In this document: piece after piece, positions 61,124-64,000 of the stretch | How the letters are laid out: each line of letters starts with the position of its first letter | How positions within the stretch are numbered: position 1 is the first letter of the stretch | Origin: Burkholderiales bacterium | GTDB lineage: Bacteria > Pseudomonadota > Gammaproteobacteria > Burkholderiales > Usitatibacteraceae | Direction of reading: 5' to 3' | NCBI GenBank assembly: GCA_033764435.1 | Contig: JANRIX010000010.1 | Span: 163,220-227,219 of the forward strand | DNA length: 64,000 bases | The notes under the pieces: model-generated | Databases searched by the model: none | Seen by the model: only the letters and a program-made list of their open reading frames with translations | What the model was told of the DNA's origin: nothing | Position numbers and translations under genes: made by a program

Positions 61124-62972
61124 CGCCTTCATCTATCTCGCCGCCGCAGTGCTGTGTGTCCCGCTGGCCAAGCGCTTCGGCCTGGGCGCCGTGCTGGGCT
61201 ATCTGATCGCCGGCGCCCTCATTGGTCCGTGGGGGCTCAAGTTCGTGAGCGACGTGGAGAGCATCCTGCACTTCTCCGAGTTTGGCGTGGTGCTGATGCT
61301 GTTTGTGATCGGCCTTGAACTGGAGCCGCAACGGCTCACCTCGATGAAGAAGGAAGTGTTCGGCGGCGGCAGCCTGCAGATGGCGCTCTCGGGTGGCGCG
61401 CTCATGCTGGCCGGCCTCGCGCTGGGCCTGGACTGGCGCGCGGCATTCGCCGCCGGTTTCGCGCTGGCACTCTCCTCGACCGCCATCGCCATGGCCACCA
61501 TGGATGAACGCAACTTCACCCAGACACCAACCGGCCGCTCTGCATTCGCCGTGCTGCTCTTCCAGGACATCGCCGCCATTCCGCTGCTGGCGGTGGTGCC
61601 GCTCCTCGCTGTGGCGGGCGCCGGTGCTGATGCCGCGAGCGCAACGCCGGTGTGGCAACGCGCGGCGATCGCCTTTGCCGCGATCGCGGGCGTCATCGTC
61701 ATCGGGCGCTACCTCACCCGCCCGGCGCTCGCCATCATCGCGGGCACCCATCTGCGCGAGGTGTTCACGGCCTTCGCGTTGCTGCTGGTGATCGGCATTG
61801 CGCTCCTCATGTCGGCGGCCGGTCTCTCCATGGCGCTGGGTGCCTTCCTCGCCGGTGTACTGCTCGCCGGATCGGAATACCGCCACGCGCTGGAAACCGA
61901 CATCGAGCCGTTCAAGGGCCTGCTGCTCGGGCTCTTCTTCATCTCGGTCGGCATGAGCATCGACTTTGGTCTTCTCAAGTCGCAGCCGCTCATGGTGGCG
62001 GGGCTGGTGGTGGGCCTTCTCGTCCTGAAGCTCGTCACGCTGTGGCTGGTCGCGCGCATTCTCGGCGTCACCACGCGCCAGCGCTGGCTCTTCGCTGTAC
62101 TGCTCTCGCAAGGTGGCGAGTTCGCGTTTGTTGTGCTGGCAGCAGCCAAGACCAGCGCGGTCATCGCGCCGGAATGGAATGCGCTCCTCACCATTGCCGT
62201 GGCACTTTCGATGGCCACGACACCACTGCTGCTCATCGCTCACGACCGCTGGGTGTGCCGCGAGGCGGCCGCGCAGCGCGAGGCGGATGCCATCGATCAG
62301 TCCGGCGACGTCATCATCGCGGGCTTCGGCCGCTTCGGCCAGATCATCGGCCGCCTTCTCATCGCAAATGGCATCCGCCCGGTGGTGCTGGACCAGGACC
62401 CCGACCAGATCGAGATGCTGCGCCGCTTCGGCTACCAGGTGTTCTATGGCGATGCGACGCGGCTGGATCTGCTCGAAGCCGCCGGGGCTGCGCGAGCCAG
62501 ACTGCTGGTCAACGCCATCGACGATGTCGACGCCAATCTGGCGCTCACCGATCTCGTGCGCGAGTCCTTTCCGAATATTCGCATCCTGTCCCGCGCACGC
62601 AACGTCTCGCACTACGTCGCGTTGCGGACACGCAAAGTCGAGGTCGTCGAACGCGAGACCTTTGAGGCCGCGCTCCGTCTGGGTCGCCATGCACTGGAGG
62701 CGCTGGGCCTTGATCGCTATCGCGCCCGCGAGCTGGCCGACCAGTTCCGCCGCCACAACATCGCGACCATGGATGCGCTCATTCCCCACTTCAACGACGA
62801 AGCCAAGCTGCTCAGCGCATCCAAGGCGGGGCGACAGGAGCTCGAAGAGCAGTTCGCGCAAGACCGCCAGGCCTTTGACGCGGCACATGGGAGTGAAGAT
62901 TGGCACGCGAATCGCACTGACAGCGACGCCCGTGCCCACACAGTGCGCGATTCGACGGCGGGACAGGCGTAG
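61113..62972 (+). CDS. kefC: glutathione-regulated potassium-efflux antiporter KefB/KefC (CPA2 + TrkA-N domain)
   Basis: 12-13 TM Na+/H+ exchanger core; C-terminal Rossmann [19 protein letters not shown] (TrkA-N); one 11/12 palindrome copy at 62572. Confidence 0.9.
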   Translation: MLFDAFIYLAAAVLCVPLAKRFGLGAVLGYLIAGALIGPWGLKFVSDVESILHFSEFGVVLMLFVIGLELEPQRLTSMKKEVFGGGSLQMALSGGALMLAGLALGLDWRAAFAAGFALALSSTAIAMATMDERNFTQTPTGRSAFAVLLFQDIAAIPLLAVVPLLAVAGAGADAASATPVWQRAAIAFAAIAGVIVIGRYLTRPALAIIAGTHLREVFTAFALLLVIGIALLMSAAGLSMALGAFLAGVLLAGSEYRHALETDIEPFKGLLLGLFFISVGMSIDFGLLKSQPLMVAGLVVGLLVLKLVTLWLVARILGVTTRQRWLFAVLLSQGGEFAFVVLAAAKTSAVIAPEWNALLTIAVALSMATTPLLLIAHDRWVCREAAAQREADAIDQSGDVIIAGFGRFGQIIGRLLIANGIRPVVLDQDPDQIEMLRRFGYQVFYGDATRLDLLEAAGAARARLLVNAIDDVDANLALTDLVRESFPNIRILSRARNVSHYVALRTRKVEVVERETFEAALRLGRHALEALGLDRYRARELADQFRRHNIATMDALIPHFNDEAKLLSASKAGRQELEEQFAQDRQAFDAAHGSEDWHANRTDSDARAHTVRDSTAGQA

Positions 62973-63019
62973 GCCCACGCCGGACGCACTGATTTTGTGG
63001 CCGGCTTCAGTGGCCGGCT

Positions 63020-64000
63020 TCAGTTGCCGGCCATCAGCTCCCGGCGCAACCTCTCCAGGAACCCCGCCGCCATCTGCCGTCCGGATTCGAACTGCACCTG
63101 CTCGGTAAGCGTGCGTTGCCGCCATCCATCGGCCGCCGCTGCGGCGCCGCGCTCGGCTTCCACGACGGCCAGGGCCGCACACAACTCGGCGATGCGGAAG
63201 GTGGGGCGAAGCAACTCGGCCGCCTGCAAGCCGCGCTGCAGGACATCGAACGCTTCGCCCAGGCGACCCCGCTGACGCAGCATTTCGCCCAGCCGCAGCG
63301 CCTGCGGCGGCAGACTCGCGTGCTGGCGGCTCTGCGACGCCATCTCCATCGCTTGCGCCGCCTGCACGATGCCGATCTCGGTATCGCCGAGGAGTGCATG
63401 CACTTCGCTCATCAAACTGGTGAGCATCATGTCCTGCGAGTGGAGCTGCTGCGCCCGCGTGCGCTCGAGCAAGGTGGCCGCATCCGCCAGCGCCTGCTGT
63501 CCCGCGCGACGCAGACCGACCTCATCGCCCTGTGACGCATGCTGCCTCGCTTCCTTGCGCGCGACATTGACCAGATTGCTCTCCACGCGCAGCAGCAACG
63601 CCGCGCGGCCATCCTTGCGCGCGGCCGCCACGGCTGCGTTGAGCTGAGTGCGCGCCTCGTCGAAGCGTCCGAGATCGCCCAGCAGCACACCGTAGGACTG
63701 ACGCGCCCGGCTTTCCAGATCGGCGTCGCCGTGATTCAGCGCCTCATCAATGGCGCGCAGCACGAAAGGCTCGCACTCTGCCAGCAGCTTGAGCGTGAAG
63801 GAGGTGTTGGCAATCGCGCACAAGGCATGGCCCAACGCGACGCCATCGCCCAGGATTCGCGCCAGCGCTGCCGCGTCAGTTCCCGCAGCGAGTGAGCTGA
63901 TCGAGTCATTGCGCAGGCTATGGCAGCGCGCCGCAGCGTTCAATGCGGCGAGCTCCGCCCGCCTGTCCCCGGACGCTCGCGCCCGCGCATTCGCTTCCTG
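63020..64000 (-). CDS. helical TPR-like repeat protein, C-terminal part (gene continues beyond window end)
   Basis: Alanine/leucine-rich helical repeats with no catalytic motif; ORF runs to the window edge. Confidence 0.4.
   Translation of the reverse strand, partial: QEANARARASGDRRAELAALNAAARCHSLRNDSISSLAAGTDAAALARILGDGVALGHALCAIANTSFTLKLLAECEPFVLRAIDEALNHGDADLESRARQSYGVLLGDLGRFDEARTQLNAAVAAARKDGRAALLLRVESNLVNVARKEARQHASQGDEVGLRRAGQQALADAATLLERTRAQQLHSQDMMLTSLMSEVHALLGDTEIGIVQAAQAMEMASQSRQHASLPPQALRLGEMLRQRGRLGEAFDVLQRGLQAAELLRPTFRIAELCAALAVVEAERGAAAAADGWRQRTLTEQVQFESGRQMAAGFLERLRRELMAGN

Noticed and set aside
836-62583. Hypothesis that the GCGAATATTCGC copies are artificial insertions or a watermark
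   Set aside because: Copies are embedded in frame-compatible ways (ANIR/EYS preferred, rare-codon frame avoided), occur as 11/12 decayed variants, are depleted from low-GC foreign blocks, and do not disrupt tRNA structures. This is more consistent with an evolved genomic element, though the question cannot be settled from one window.

Overview
The window is a 64-kb, high-GC (~65-68%) proteobacterial chromosome segment, mostly coding. Several motif coordinates and gene starts were checked against the ORF-track reading frames; other hand-indexed coordinates may be off by 1 nt.

Content, left to right:
- Partial TonB-dependent receptor (minus strand), a degenerate-GGDEF membrane protein and an AraC-family regulator.
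- A C1 papain-like peptidase fused to an alpha/beta-hydrolase domain (6312-8459). Its 3' ~320 bp are duplicated 6.2 kb downstream (14676-14993).
- Between those repeats: a 4-gene cargo encoding a pentapeptide-repeat membrane protein, a PhoD-like metallophosphatase, a CHAT+transglutaminase-like fusion and an alpha/beta hydrolase.
- A low-GC (~45%) three-gene Lamassu/ABC-3C-like cassette with an SMC/Rad50-like ATPase (15591-19091), followed by two hypothetical membrane/secreted proteins.
- A GNAT acetyltransferase and a 1149-aa TolB-propeller/amidohydrolase.
- An orphan HisKA_3 sensor kinase divergent from a caspase-like protein, then a DUF3592-like gene, an FAD-dependent oxidoreductase, DUF1415 and an SPFH protein.
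- A minus-strand block of two aberrant tRNA-like genes, an HNH endonuclease and RtcB, then a 9-member tRNA array (Leu, Gln, Lys, Tyr-like, Arg, Ile-like, His, Glu, Cys), two of which carry insertions.
- A ~1.2-kb ORF-free structured region.
- A Tat-exported amidohydrolase, Spy/CpxP-like and SnoaL-like proteins, a lipoprotein, GNAT, DUF1801.
- A complete C-P lyase phosphonate cluster: phnF and a DUF1045-phnN fusion divergent from phnGHIJKLM-phnCDE plus an HD-domain gene.
- VOC, 2-hydroxyacid dehydrogenase, MOSC, cNMP-binding, SOUL, fasciclin, TetR, KefG/KefC and a partial TPR-like gene.

The most striking sequence-level signal is a 12-bp perfect palindrome, GCGAATATTCGC, present 31 times with at least 8 further one-mismatch copies. 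It sits in genes on both strands and in intergenic DNA. It is strongly frame-biased inside coding sequence and is nearly absent from the putatively horizontally acquired blocks.

Other signals: nested palindromic REP/MITE-like elements and short tandem repeats. No rRNA, CRISPR array, integrase or transposase was seen.
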